A stretch of DNA of 64,000 nucleotides from Naegleria gruberi. Taxonomy: Eukaryota. The stretch's first letter is position 1. Each line of letters opens with the position of its first letter. Of this stretch, positions 54,436 through 64,000 are shown in pieces. The notes under the pieces are model-generated. The model was not told where the DNA came from. It saw only the letters and a list, made by a program, of their open reading frames with translations, and did no database searches. Location: the NCBI GenBank assembly GCA_000004985.1, contig GG738877.1, one strand, 5' to 3'. The position numbers and the translations under genes are program-made.

Positions 54436-55308
54436 ATGACTGAATCATCACTGCAACACCAACTTTACCAACATTGCATTAAAAATCTTGATCGGGAATG
54501 TGCACCACTAATAACCATCGAATCATGTGGAGAGTATTTAAAATTTTTCCAAAACAATTGTGATACTGCCTATCTATTCCTAGTGACTTATCCTTCCGAA
54601 ATTGCCACAAAAACAGGAATGAAATTTTATTTGGCAAAGAGAATTCTTGAGGATGCCTCGTTGAACTTGATTGTTTGTCAAGGGAGAGTGGATTTATTGT
54701 TAAAATTAATGCATGAAACTGGATTGAATTATGAATTTTCCTATCAGTGTCTATTGGAATTTAAATGGAATTTTCCTGAAGCAAAAGCCAAAGTTGTGAA
54801 AATGAAGAATAATGGTGAGATACCACCTCGAGGTTTTCTCAATTATCAACCACCACAACAGGCAATCAATGTTTCAGTACCAAATAGTTCAGTACAAGTG
54901 CCAACAATGATCAGTCAACAACCTAATATTCCACACCAACAAGCCATTAATCCACAATCCCCTCCTCAGTTTGTGCAAATAATTCAATCCAATACCTCAC
55001 CTTTTCAAAGTGTAAAGCAAGAAACAAATGAAAGAACTTTCACTTCAAATACAAGCTTACACACTTTGGATGTTAAAAGTGAAGCTGAGAGTTCTACACA
55101 ATCCACAACTTCAAAGCAATGCCAATATCCTGGCTGTACAAATGAAATTGAAAAGAGTAGAAAGAAATACTGTGCTGAACATGGTGCTAAACCATTAAAA
55201 AAGGAAAGTATGAGTGTGGACTTTGTAAAATGTCAACACGCTGGTTGCACCAATCCAATAGCCAAGTATAGAAAAAAATATTGTGAACTACATGGAAATA
55301 AAAAATAA
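54436..55308 (+). CDS. Protein with TAP-C/UBA-like domain(s) and two C-terminal CxYPGCTNxIxKxRKKYCxxHG zinc-knuckle-like motifs
   Basis: KLMHETGLNYEFSYQCLLEFKWNFPEAKAKVVKMKNNGEIPPRGF resembles the NXF1 TAP-C region (...[37 protein letters not shown]). The duplicated motifs are CQYPGCTNEIEKSRKKYCAEHG and CQHAGCTNPIAKYRKKYCELHG. Confidence 0.5.
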   Translation: MTESSLQHQLYQHCIKNLDRECAPLITIESCGEYLKFFQNNCDTAYLFLVTYPSEIATKTGMKFYLAKRILEDASLNLIVCQGRVDLLLKLMHETGLNYEFSYQCLLEFKWNFPEAKAKVVKMKNNGEIPPRGFLNYQPPQQAINVSVPNSSVQVPTMISQQPNIPHQQAINPQSPPQFVQIIQSNTSPFQSVKQETNERTFTSNTSLHTLDVKSEAESSTQSTTSKQCQYPGCTNEIEKSRKKYCAEHGAKPLKKESMSVDFVKCQHAGCTNPIAKYRKKYCELHGNKK

Positions 55309-55348
55309 TTTTATTATCCTTACATCTAAATAATATATAGAAACAAAC

Positions 55349-57619
55349 CTATCTTCTAATATCGTCCATTTCTCCGCTACTGTTAGAAATATTGTCAGAA
55401 TGTCTATAAGCACCTGCTTCTCTTGGCATATACGGATCTCTTCCATTGAGCATTCCTTGATGGTGGTGGTGATGCATCATCATGTAAGGTTGATCATAAT
55501 AGGGAGGTATTGGAGGTGGATAGAAAGATGATGTTGATGGCATTGGTTGACCAGGTAATGGTTGCATATATCTTTCATCAATATGTGGTTGGTGATGGTG
55601 ATGTAAAGGATGACCAGTAGGATACATAGAAATGTGTGAAGAAGGAACATCAACAGGACCAAAGAAACCATTAGGTTGCATTGGTCCATTAGTTGGAGAA
55701 TGATCATAGTATGGTTGCATTCCTCTTCTTGATGTTCCTGATTTATCATACGGAGTATATCTGTAACTTGGTGGCGTATGACCAGACTTTCTAGAACCGT
55801 TGTTGGATGGAACTATTGGTTGGCTATTAGGAATTGGTGCTTGTCTGGTTGATGTTTCTGTTGGAGGCATACCTCTATGAGGAGGAACTCTTCTTGTCAT
55901 GTCCATTTCACGTTCTCTTTGTTTTGTGAAACTGAAACTTCCTTTTGGCATGGCTCTTCTAACATCATGAGCAGCAAATTCCTTACATAAAACTCCAGAA
56001 TGGAAATCATCCAAAACTTTGGTGGCACTATCTTCACTTGTATAGGTAATAAAAGCAAATGGTGTTCTTCTATTGAGAATTAATTGCAAGTCCTCAATAG
56101 TACCATGTTTGGAGAAGTAGTCATGAACAGCCTGTTTAGTAACTTGAGGTTGTAAACCACCAACAAAAATTCTGCGCTTCTTATCAAAAGAAGAAATGGT
56201 ATCCTTCTTAATAGTTGGTGAATTGTTGGAAGAGGCTGATGAGCTATTACCAGACCTTGATAAGTCTGTGGAGCTGGCTCCATAAATCATGTCAGATTGT
56301 GTATCTGAGTTGTGAATATTGTTAGTGAATAATCTTTCATCATCAACCATTCTTGAGGAAGAAGAAATGGTTGAGGCGTGTGTTGGTATATCAACACTAT
56401 CAATTTTACATCCTTGAGATTGGGCAACTTGGCAATCAATTCTGTGGTTTCCAATCATGAATGGATGTTCTTTATGGTATGATAGAACCTTCTTGGCAAT
56501 ACTTTCATCAGAGAAGGTAACAAAGCCAAATCCTCTCGATCTGCCATCCCACTTTTTCATAATGACACAGTGTGAAATTGGTCCATAGTTATTTGGTGAA
56601 CGAGAGAAGAAATCAATGAGCTCTTGTTCTGATGTAGTTTCCTTCAGCCCTCCAACGAAAATTCTTCTGTTAATAAACGAAGGATTATCTGGAGCATCAC
56701 GAGACAAAAGATTACAACCACTACTTGGGCTGTCAGCAAAGTCTTGCATCATATTGGAGGAGGATGAGGAAGAATTAGAAAGGGAGGATGGTGTCATTAG
56801 ATTGGTTGGTGTGTTACTATTGCTACCACCACCATTGCTTGAGGTGTTGCTTGGTATGCGAATTCTTGGAAGACGAGGCAAAACAGTGTTGGAGGTAATT
56901 TGCTTAACAGAGTCAGTTGAAAGTTCTGTTGGGGAAGAGCTACCCTTCTTTCCATTGGAAGTATTGACCTCGCCATGATGTTTACTGTTATTTACTGTTT
57001 GGTGGTGCGATGGTGTGGAAGAAGAAGAGGAACGGGTAGATTGTTGGACATTGGAAACAGATGAGCTATTACCAGAAGACAAAGGCTGTGCAGTAGAAGA
57101 TGTATTGGCAACAATAGTGGACGAACGAATATTGGACGTTGAAGTAGTTACAACAGAGAGAATATTTCTGAAAGAGTCTGTTGCACCTGGTGGTGGTGTT
57201 TGTTGATCGTCCTTCTTGAAAGCTACTTGTTGTTGGGAAGAAGTAGCACAAGAGGTGGTAGTTGCTGCACTCAAGTGGGTTGGAGAAATATCATTTGAAT
57301 GTTTAGCGTTCATCCTCTTGAATTGATGGTAAAAGTGAAGAGGGTCGTTCACAAGTATTGACTTGTCGATAACTGTTGGTGAGTTATCATTGTTGGAGGA
57401 GGAAACAGAGGTGGAGTTTGTAGTAGTAGCGACTGTTGAGAGCGCAGAACTAGTTGGTGAGTGGAGAGAGGAGGAAGAATTGGAATGTGTGAATGTAGCA
57501 GCATCATGAGCAACAACAGTTGATGGTTGGGAATGGCCTAGAGGAGGTGTATTGGTAGTGGTATTATTTGGTTTTGTACAATTGTGAATGAGAGAATAGT
57601 GGGAGGAGAGTTTTTTCAT
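55349..57619 (-). CDS. Two-RRM RNA-binding protein (hnRNP/Musashi/DAZAP1-like) with S/T-rich N-terminal and P/Y/H/M-rich C-terminal low-complexity regions. The likely start is MKKLSSHY at 57619
   Basis: RRM1 is RRIFVGGLKETTSEQELIDFFS...RGFGFVTFSDESIAKKV. RRM2 is RRIFVGGLQPQVTKQAVHDYFSKHGTIEDL...FAFITYTSEDSATKVL. Confidence 0.8.
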   Translation of the reverse strand: MKKLSSHYSLIHNCTKPNNTTTNTPPLGHSQPSTVVAHDAATFTHSNSSSSLHSPTSSALSTVATTTNSTSVSSSNNDNSPTVIDKSILVNDPLHFYHQFKRMNAKHSNDISPTHLSAATTTSCATSSQQQVAFKKDDQQTPPPGATDSFRNILSVVTTSTSNIRSSTIVANTSSTAQPLSSGNSSSVSNVQQSTRSSSSSTPSHHQTVNNSKHHGEVNTSNGKKGSSSPTELSTDSVKQITSNTVLPRLPRIRIPSNTSSNGGGSNSNTPTNLMTPSSLSNSSSSSSNMMQDFADSPSSGCNLLSRDAPDNPSFINRRIFVGGLKETTSEQELIDFFSRSPNNYGPISHCVIMKKWDGRSRGFGFVTFSDESIAKKVLSYHKEHPFMIGNHRIDCQVAQSQGCKIDSVDIPTHASTISSSSRMVDDERLFTNNIHNSDTQSDMIYGASSTDLSRSGNSSSASSNNSPTIKKDTISSFDKKRRIFVGGLQPQVTKQAVHDYFSKHGTIEDLQLILNRRTPFAFITYTSEDSATKVLDDFHSGVLCKEFAAHDVRRAMPKGSFSFTKQREREMDMTRRVPPHRGMPPTETSTRQAPIPNSQPIVPSNNGSRKSGHTPPSYRYTPYDKSGTSRRGMQPYYDHSPTNGPMQPNGFFGPVDVPSSHISMYPTGHPLHHHHQPHIDERYMQPLPGQPMPSTSSFYPPPIPPYYDQPYMMMHHHHHQGMLNGRDPYMPREAGAYRHSDNISNSSGEMDDIRR

Positions 57620-58520
57620 TGTGGTGGTGGTAAATGTGTTAAAAGGAAAGTGTTGAGAGCAATATAAAAATCTATCAATGTGAAATTTCACAGTAGTGGA
57701 GGTTGGATTATAGTAGTGCAAATATATAATTTAGCAGCTATCTAGCAAGAGGTGAATGGTGAGTGGAAAGAGGCGTATCTAATCAATAGAAAGAGAAAAT
57801 GGAGGAAAATAACGTTGTTTACACAAGTCAAGATTCAATATATGATTTTACAAAAATTACTATTAAGCTGATGATGAATAGTCCTTTGATGATTATTCAA
57901 TAATCTACACTACAAGTAGGTTATTACAGATGATTAATTCGCACTTGTTACTATTACTACTCTACTAGTATTATGAGTGATAAACAATGACGAACAAACG
58001 ACAACCAACAACAACAACAATATGAAACAAAAACAGCAGCAACAATCTAGAAGCGCGTTTCTACGAACAACAAAAATGTTTCAGCAGCAAGCAGCGGCGG
58101 TGATGATGATGATGGTGTTGTACAGCAGGACCAAGAGTGTCGTCGTACACGCGAATGTTGGTGATGGTTGGTGGTTTGTTGATATTTTTTTGTGTGATGA
58201 TGAAATGAATTTATTCGGGCTTGGGTTTTTTGTGAGGGTGTTGTTGGAGAGTTGTTTGTTGAGGCGGTCGTTGTCGTTGTACACAACCACAAGAACTGGA
58301 AGGGTAAATGTGTGGTGTTCTTTCTTTTGAGTTGTTGTGGTTTTGGACTTATTGGGGTGTTGAGGAAAATGTAGTGGTAAGTGGTTCAAATATAAATTGT
58401 TTTTTATTGATAATTATATGTAATTTCCAATGGGTTGTTCAGGAAAAAAAAGAGGTTCCTTAGGCATGTAAAGAGGTAAAGAGCCTTAATATGAAAAGAA
58501 TAACAAAGAATTAAAAGAAG

Positions 58521-58591
58521 GGGACCAGTGGGAATCGAACCCACGGCCTCTCGCACCCAAAGCGAGAATCATACCACTAGACCATGGTCCC
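58521..58591 (-). tRNA. tRNA-Pro (anticodon TGG)
   Basis: The reverse complement is GGGACCATGGTCTAGTGGTATGATTCTCGCTTTGGGTGCGAGAGGCCGTGGGTTCGATTCCCACTGGTCCC. The anticodon loop is TTTGGGT. Confidence 0.9.
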
Positions 58592-58804
58592 TTACATGAA
58601 AATCAATCATATTGAAAATTGTTGCCTGTAGTTTGGTTGTGTAATCTGTTTCCATTTAAGGGATATGTTTCTACCACTTGCTGTAGAGACCCTTATATAT
58701 ATTCAATTTCTGTAACTTTGAAATTTTGTCATCTTTGAACTTTGAACATTAACATCTACCAATCATCCAAGTCAACCACTAGATTTGATTCAAATTAAAA
58801 AAAA

Positions 58805-59071
58805 ATGATCATTCCTCCACCTCCTTTCCAAGTGCCACCTCCACCAATTAACATTTCACCCAGCACTACTTCTTCCTCAACCACCACAACACCTCTTCCG
58901 CCACCACCTCCTCCTCAACTTCCTTCTTCATCCATTGCTGATCAACGAAAGAAAAAGAAGAGATTTAAATTAGTTCCACCTAGTGATAATCAGGTGCCAC
59001 TTTCTAATCCTTCCATTCCTAAACCTCCATTGCATAGTTGTGCCAATAATGTTTTACTAGTCCAACTTTAG
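58805..59071 (+). CDS. Proline-rich ORF (88 aa). It is possibly the 5' exon of the downstream kelch-like gene or a separate small gene
   Basis: PPPP tracts. ORF only. Confidence 0.25.
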   Translation: MIIPPPPFQVPPPPINISPSTTSSSTTTTPLPPPPPPQLPSSSIADQRKKKKRFKLVPPSDNQVPLSNPSIPKPPLHSCANNVLLVQL

Positions 59072-60035
59072 TTTCGTTTGGTGGATCAAGTTTCGAATTG
59101 GGATATCAAAAGACTTTGTTAATGCTTGATTTGGATCCTGCCACAAAGTATTCACAAGATGGAGGATTAGACACTAGTTTTGAATTTGATTGGAAACCAA
59201 TTCAAACAGAGAATAATCAAGTGTTTGATGAAAGTAATTTTACTTGCATGTTTGGGAATATAATCTATTCGAAACGTAATCAAGCAATTTATGTATTTGG
59301 GAGAGGATGGTCTAAACCATGGATCGCTGAATTGAGCTTGAAAACACTCAAATGGAAAAAGAAAGATGTCTCAATTAATCATGTCTTTCCATCTGTGAAA
59401 TATGCAGTTTCCCAAGACAGTGAAAACTTTTTATTATGTATGGAAGGTGATTATTACAATAATCCACCAAAATTATCCATGTTCAAGTTTAGTGAGCTGG
59501 AAAGGATTTTCTCAAAGCAGGAGAAGGAGGAATTACTATTAGGAGATAGATCCTGTTTCACTTTGAATGGCAATTTTCAAGCAAGAATGACAGCTCCATT
59601 GTCAAATGAAAACAAGACAGTTATTTTTGGTTGATTTTGGATTTTAACTCGGAGAAAATTATATCTAACTGCCCTTATATTGGTGAACCAGTATATCCAT
59701 GTGCTACTGAGTTGATGAATGATTCAAACTCAAAGTGTGTTCTCATTTCGAGTGGAGATAAGTATTTCAACTTTAATGTGGATAAGAGAACACCAAAATC
59801 ATTGAGATATTCCAAATCAGCTATTGAAATGAATTACCACAAGTTGTTTGTTCCATATTTGGCATATTTCAAAACAAGAAGAGGTGAAAATCAAGTAGTT
59901 CACATTATTAATAATGATATTCTCTTAATTTTGAAATTGGATAACATTGTTCCGACCTATGCATTCAATAACAAGTTGACAGAAGCTCATTTTAGTGATG
60001 TCATTGTCGAATGTAATGCCACCACCAATCACTAA
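59050..60035 (+). pseudogene. Kelch/beta-propeller-like gene split into two ORFs (59098..59634 and 59631..60035) by a -1 frame offset at a T5 run. It is either a pseudogene or a 1-nt assembly error
   Basis: Both halves have kelch-like blades (IYVFGRGW..., VVHIINNDILLIL). Frames switch at gttatttttggttga, and adding one T restores ...TVIFWLILDFNSEK.... Confidence 0.45.
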
Positions 60036-60094
60036 TCAAAACAATTACCTTAACTCTTTTTAAAAGAAAATGAATTTCAGTAAATCTTTTATTT

Positions 60095-61336
60095 CTAGAA
60101 ATACATTCCTGATTTGCAATTATTCTGATGAATAGTCTTCATCACGGTAATCGATTGATCTGAGCTATTTTCACACTTGGTGCACAAATTGACCATTCTG
60201 CAAAATTTACATTTAGCACAATTTTCAACAATTTCATTACACAAGAGACATTCATCATGAGCTTGATTCTTTCTATCATCAGTAAAGAAACTGTCATATT
60301 CACTCCTTTTTTCAATGACAACTTTCAATAATTCTTGAATGTCTGAATTGACAACAATTTCTCTTGCTTTTGGAAAAACTTGAAGTCCTTGAAAATAACC
60401 TTCAGCATTAGGATGACGGAAATAGAATAAATTCTGTCTCCAATACTCTCCCATTCTATATTTGAAATTATAGAATGGATCCTTCTTAATACTTTCAAAT
60501 TTTGTAAAGTATTGAGTGAGTTTTCCCTTCATCTCACCAGAACTGCAGACCTCATGAGGTTTCCTACCTGAGAATGATGAAGCATGAGTTGGGTCGGCTC
60601 TCATTTCCATCAAATATTCAACAATCTCAGGAAATCCTGAATAGGCAGCATAGTACAATGGAGAGGCACTTCTGTAATTTTGCATATCAATGAAAATCTT
60701 CTTTTCTTCCAATAGATACTTGACCATTTCAAAATTTCCACTTCTGGATGCATAATGTAAGAAGGATTCTCCATGATGATCACAAACTAAACTGATATCC
60801 TCATTGAATGTATCGAGAATTTCCCTCACTTGGGCATTATCCTTTTCTTCCAGTAATTGAAAAACTTTCATAAATTTCTCATGATTTTCTTTACCAATTT
60901 GTGCTTTTTCTTTAAATTCTCTAAATATTTCAACATTCTTTGTAAGAATTGAAGAATCTGTCGAGTTGCCCATTAACAACAATTCTGCCTTTTCACAATT
61001 TTCAATCACTTTTGAGTACTCGTTAACTCTGATAGCTGCTCTAACTAATCTCAATAGTGACTTGACATTTTCTTTATCAATTTCCAATGAATTTTGTGCA
61101 TCTGGAACAGCATTATAAAAACTACCCATCAAATAATAAACATGTGATCGATTATTATACAGATCAACTAGAATCTTATTCTTTTGATCTGAATCAACTT
61201 GTGTTGCTTTCTTGAGTGTTTTTAAACCTTTGGTGTAGAGGGAAATGACTTGTGGGAGATTGGTGCCGATTTTCAAGAGTTGATTTCCTTCTTCTTTGAA
61301 TTCGAGAGCTGTTTGAAGCGCATTTGATGTTGACAT
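60095..61336 (-). CDS. TPR - ankyrin-repeat - MYND zinc finger protein (ANKMY2-like)
   Basis: Ankyrin repeats GESFLHYASRSGNFEMVKYLLE and ASPLYYAAYSGFPEIVEYLME. The C-terminal Cys-rich motif is CLLCNEIVENCAKCKFCRMVNLCTKCEN...HQNNC. Confidence 0.75.
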   Translation of the reverse strand: MSTSNALQTALEFKEEGNQLLKIGTNLPQVISLYTKGLKTLKKATQVDSDQKNKILVDLYNNRSHVYYLMGSFYNAVPDAQNSLEIDKENVKSLLRLVRAAIRVNEYSKVIENCEKAELLLMGNSTDSSILTKNVEIFREFKEKAQIGKENHEKFMKVFQLLEEKDNAQVREILDTFNEDISLVCDHHGESFLHYASRSGNFEMVKYLLEEKKIFIDMQNYRSASPLYYAAYSGFPEIVEYLMEMRADPTHASSFSGRKPHEVCSSGEMKGKLTQYFTKFESIKKDPFYNFKYRMGEYWRQNLFYFRHPNAEGYFQGLQVFPKAREIVVNSDIQELLKVVIEKRSEYDSFFTDDRKNQAHDECLLCNEIVENCAKCKFCRMVNLCTKCENSSDQSITVMKTIHQNNCKSGMYF

Positions 61337-61488
61337 TTTTTTTTAATTGTAAGATATTTAAAATTTTGTAATATTATTATGATTCCGATGTTGTAATAAA
61401 TGGAGTCTGTCTTACAAATAGAAATTGCAATGGTAGACTGCAATTCTGAACTTTAAGTAGACAAGAGTCAAATTTGATAAAAAATGAG

Positions 61489-61558
61489 TGGAGATGCGGG
61501 GTATCGATCCCCGTACCTCTTCCATGCTAAAGAAGCGCTCTATGTGAGCTACATCCCC
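61489..61558 (-). tRNA. tRNA-Ala (anticodon AGC)
   Basis: The reverse complement is GGGGATGTAGCTCACATAGAGCGCTTCTTTAGCATGGAAGAGGTACGGGGATCGATACCCCGCATCTCCA. It carries the G3:U70 identity pair and the anticodon loop TTAGCAT. Confidence 0.9.
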
Positions 61559-61679
61559 TTACATTCATAGTGAAACCTAATTATGTTTTATTAGTTTCCA
61601 ACAATGTTAGGGAACTATGCAAAGACTAAAACTCCATTGTTCCAGTTTAGTCAAACCATAAAAAAATATTCACACAACA

Positions 61680-63452
61680 ATGGAAGACGATTTTGCTGTT
61701 GTGATTGTTCATCTTGATCAAACACCAAAAAGCTCGCTTCTTCTCTCTCGATATCGAGAAAGATTTTTGGATGTGAAATACATGTCAATTCTTGCAAAAG
61801 CTATTCGAAACTCACAATCAGAACGCAATATTTATATGTCAATGGATAAGAAATGGAAATTTGATTTATTCATGATGAGAAAATTCTTGGAATGTAAACC
61901 ATCAAATTTGGAGAAACCAAACGATTTTCAATACGAAAAGAAACAAATTATTGAAAATTGTGATTATTTGAAACAAGTTGGTTGGTTGCGCAGTGTTGAT
62001 AAAGAAACAATGCTTGAATGTTCTAAGAAAATGGAAATTCATGATGTACTTTCGTGTTGTCGTCAAGATTTTTTAAGAGATAGAGAGTTTCTAATAGCTA
62101 TTCTAAAGAATGCGAAACTCTCTTCGAATAGATATCAGTGTTTCTATTCATTATTTAAAGATTCTAATTGGTGTATGGACAGAGAAATTCTTGAGTTACT
62201 GGCTAGTAAATATGGATATGTGCCACATGTCAATAATTTGGAAAAGGATTTTGAATTAGGTGTGATGGCTGCAAAAAGTGGACAACGAATCCATTCAAAT
62301 TTTTCATATTTACCAGATAATTGGAAAGAAACAAGAGAATCAATATTAATGGCTTTTGAAATTGATCCAGAATGTCTTGAGCTAATTTCAAAATCTTTTA
62401 GAAAAGATAAAGAACTCATGATGCAAATAATTCAAAGTGAAAAAGGAATTCCACAAAAAATTGCAAAACATTTGGATGAATCATTGCTAAAAGTGAGAGA
62501 ATTTGCAATTTATGCCTTGACCCATGATTCATCGATTGAATATCTTGTGAAAATTCTGAAATTGGATAAGGAAATGTTGAAAATTATTGCAAAGAGGGAT
62601 GCATATCATTTTCCAACGAATCATTCTTATAGAAATGATAGAGAATTAATGATTGAAATGCTCAAATGTGGAGTTTCATATGAAAAGTTTGACGAATCTC
62701 TTCAAGATATGCAAATTGTAAAAGAATCATTGATTTATATGAGATTTCCAGTTTCCTTTTCATTTATCAAATTGGAATTGAGAAAAGATAGAGAATTAAC
62801 CAAGATGGCTCTAGAAATTAATCCACACATATTCAGATACATTTATTTTGAATTCAAATCTGATTTAGAAATAGCTCTATTGGCCATCAGAAAACTGCCA
62901 AACAATCTTCAATTTATGACTACAGCTTTCAAAAAGAATCCTGAAATTATATTACCAGTACTTGAGCTAGATCCTCTCACTCTACAATATGTCGATCCTT
63001 CCATTGAAAATTATCACGAACTTGTAATGAATTGTGCGAAAAGAGATCCCGCAACATTTCGATTTGTCAAGGAACAAGATCCATTCCTTCCTCAAATTCT
63101 TTCAATTGTACCCCAGTGTTTTCACTGTATTCATGCAGATGTTCATGGAAGAGAGAGATTTAAATATTTGGAATTTACTTTACAGTATGATGTTTCAGTG
63201 AGTAGATTTTATTCATCTTATGAAGTTGCACCCTTTTTTTCAAAGTATCCTGAGATTCTTCTCTACTTGTCCTATGTTCCAATAGAACATTATGACGATT
63301 ATATTGGGGAAGATCAACTCGAATTCATTTTCAAAAGAGGAGATTTGAGAATTACACACACTAAAAAATTGATGAATAGAGAGCTCATGTTGAAAATATT
63401 CCATGATTATTCAATTGGTGATTTACAGATACGTCCGACTATTAAAAGATAA
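61680..63452 (+). CDS. DUF4116-type tandem-repeat protein (paralogue of 15344..17200)
   Basis: Repeats with an (F/L)R(K/N)D(K/R)EL core, e.g. FRKDKELMMQIIQ, LRKDRELTKMALEINPHIF, YRNDRELMIEMLK. Confidence 0.7.
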   Translation: MEDDFAVVIVHLDQTPKSSLLLSRYRERFLDVKYMSILAKAIRNSQSERNIYMSMDKKWKFDLFMMRKFLECKPSNLEKPNDFQYEKKQIIENCDYLKQVGWLRSVDKETMLECSKKMEIHDVLSCCRQDFLRDREFLIAILKNAKLSSNRYQCFYSLFKDSNWCMDREILELLASKYGYVPHVNNLEKDFELGVMAAKSGQRIHSNFSYLPDNWKETRESILMAFEIDPECLELISKSFRKDKELMMQIIQSEKGIPQKIAKHLDESLLKVREFAIYALTHDSSIEYLVKILKLDKEMLKIIAKRDAYHFPTNHSYRNDRELMIEMLKCGVSYEKFDESLQDMQIVKESLIYMRFPVSFSFIKLELRKDRELTKMALEINPHIFRYIYFEFKSDLEIALLAIRKLPNNLQFMTTAFKKNPEIILPVLELDPLTLQYVDPSIENYHELVMNCAKRDPATFRFVKEQDPFLPQILSIVPQCFHCIHADVHGRERFKYLEFTLQYDVSVSRFYSSYEVAPFFSKYPEILLYLSYVPIEHYDDYIGEDQLEFIFKRGDLRITHTKKLMNRELMLKIFHDYSIGDLQIRPTIKR

Positions 63453-63689
63453 TTGTCTTGTACATTATCATCCCCTTACATTCATGATGAAAATATTCCT
63501 TATATCACTCAAGGAAAACAAATTGATAGTGAGTTTTAATTTCTGAATCCTTAAAAGAAAGAATTGGAATTTACATAATATGATTGGGGACTTAGTACTC
63601 TCTCAATATTTCAACTTTAGCCACTGTAACTGATGTGGTTCCTGCCAAATCAATATTGAGATTGTAACTTTGATATCCTCTGTTCAAAT

Positions 63690-64000
63690 TTATTCATAAA
63701 TGAATAATTGTTCAGAGTATTGATCAGTAACATATAATTCTCCAGTTTCATAATTGATACAAACATCTGAAACACATCTAAATGAACTATTAGTAATTGA
63801 ATCCATAAAATTTCCACTTTCCAAATCGAGAATAGAAATTGTGCATTCTCCACTATCAGCAATCAATAATCTATTCCCCAGTTTGTCATAGAAAATTCCC
63901 AGTGGATTATACATGATCATTGAATCACCTAAACATTGATCCACTACCATTTGTCCAACTTGATTTTCCAATCTCTTAACACAATGTCCTGCAAATTGAC
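63690..64000 (-). CDS. NHL-repeat (six-bladed beta-propeller) protein, C-terminal part only. The ORF stays open to the window edge
   Basis: Blade-like segments PLGIFYDKLGNRLLIADSG and TGELYVTDQYSEQLFIYE. The reading frame continues upstream beyond 64000. Confidence 0.5.
   Translation of the reverse strand, partial: QFAGHCVKRLENQVGQMVVDQCLGDSMIMYNPLGIFYDKLGNRLLIADSGECTISILDLESGNFMDSITNSSFRCVSDVCINYETGELYVTDQYSEQLFIYE

Noticed and set aside
57977-58389. Plus- and minus-strand ORFs of ~100 aa in the low-complexity region upstream of the RRM gene
   Set aside because: These are repetitive (CAA/CAG/ATG runs) overlapping ORFs in three frames with no recognisable protein features. The region is more likely a 5' UTR or promoter.
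1-64000. Prokaryotic-style features (operons, Shine-Dalgarno sites, defence islands, IS elements, integrases)
   Set aside because: The sequence is clearly nuclear eukaryotic DNA. No transposase, reverse-transcriptase or integrase signatures were seen in any frame.

Overview
This is a eukaryotic, AT-rich, gene-dense chromosome end that uses the standard genetic code (long ORFs end at TAA/TGA). Introns are very short (about 46-150 nt) with GTAAGT/GTATGT/GTACGT donors. Many proteins carry N/Q-rich low-complexity tracts, which is typical of amoebozoan (dictyostelid-like) genomes, but I cannot assign the organism from sequence alone.

The window opens with a telomeric array (CCCAAA)n at 1-333, meaning the G-strand repeat is TTTGGG. 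Unique subtelomeric sequence follows, then an N gap, a second same-orientation (CCCAAA)n block (1802-2236) and about 1.3 kb of non-coding subtelomere.

About 35 protein genes follow, annotated here with introns where splice sites and frames fit. They include:
- a receptor-like membrane protein with a degenerate cyclase-homology domain;
- a PAS-containing class III nucleotidyl cyclase;
- two RGS-domain proteins and an AGFG-type ArfGAP;
- a MOK/MAK-like CMGC kinase, a kinesin and a Pumilio protein;
- TFIIB, an ER-type DnaJ, an ALDH8-like dehydrogenase and an acid-ceramidase homologue;
- a lipase_3 multi-pass membrane protein;
- a RING-TRAF-BTB(KCTD)-pentapeptide-TLDc protein;
- F-box/LRR proteins and a tandem di-ubiquitin-like protein with a free C-terminal GG;
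- a two-RRM protein, an ankyrin/MYND protein and two DUF4116-repeat paralogues.

Non-coding genes are two nearly identical 5S rRNA genes, a U2 snRNA (not in the ORF track) and four tRNAs (Gly-GCC, Glu-TTC, Pro-TGG, Ala-AGC).

I found no mobile elements, no CRISPR and no prokaryote-style operons. Three genes are split into adjacent ORFs related by a -1 frame offset; this points to single-base assembly errors or pseudogenes.
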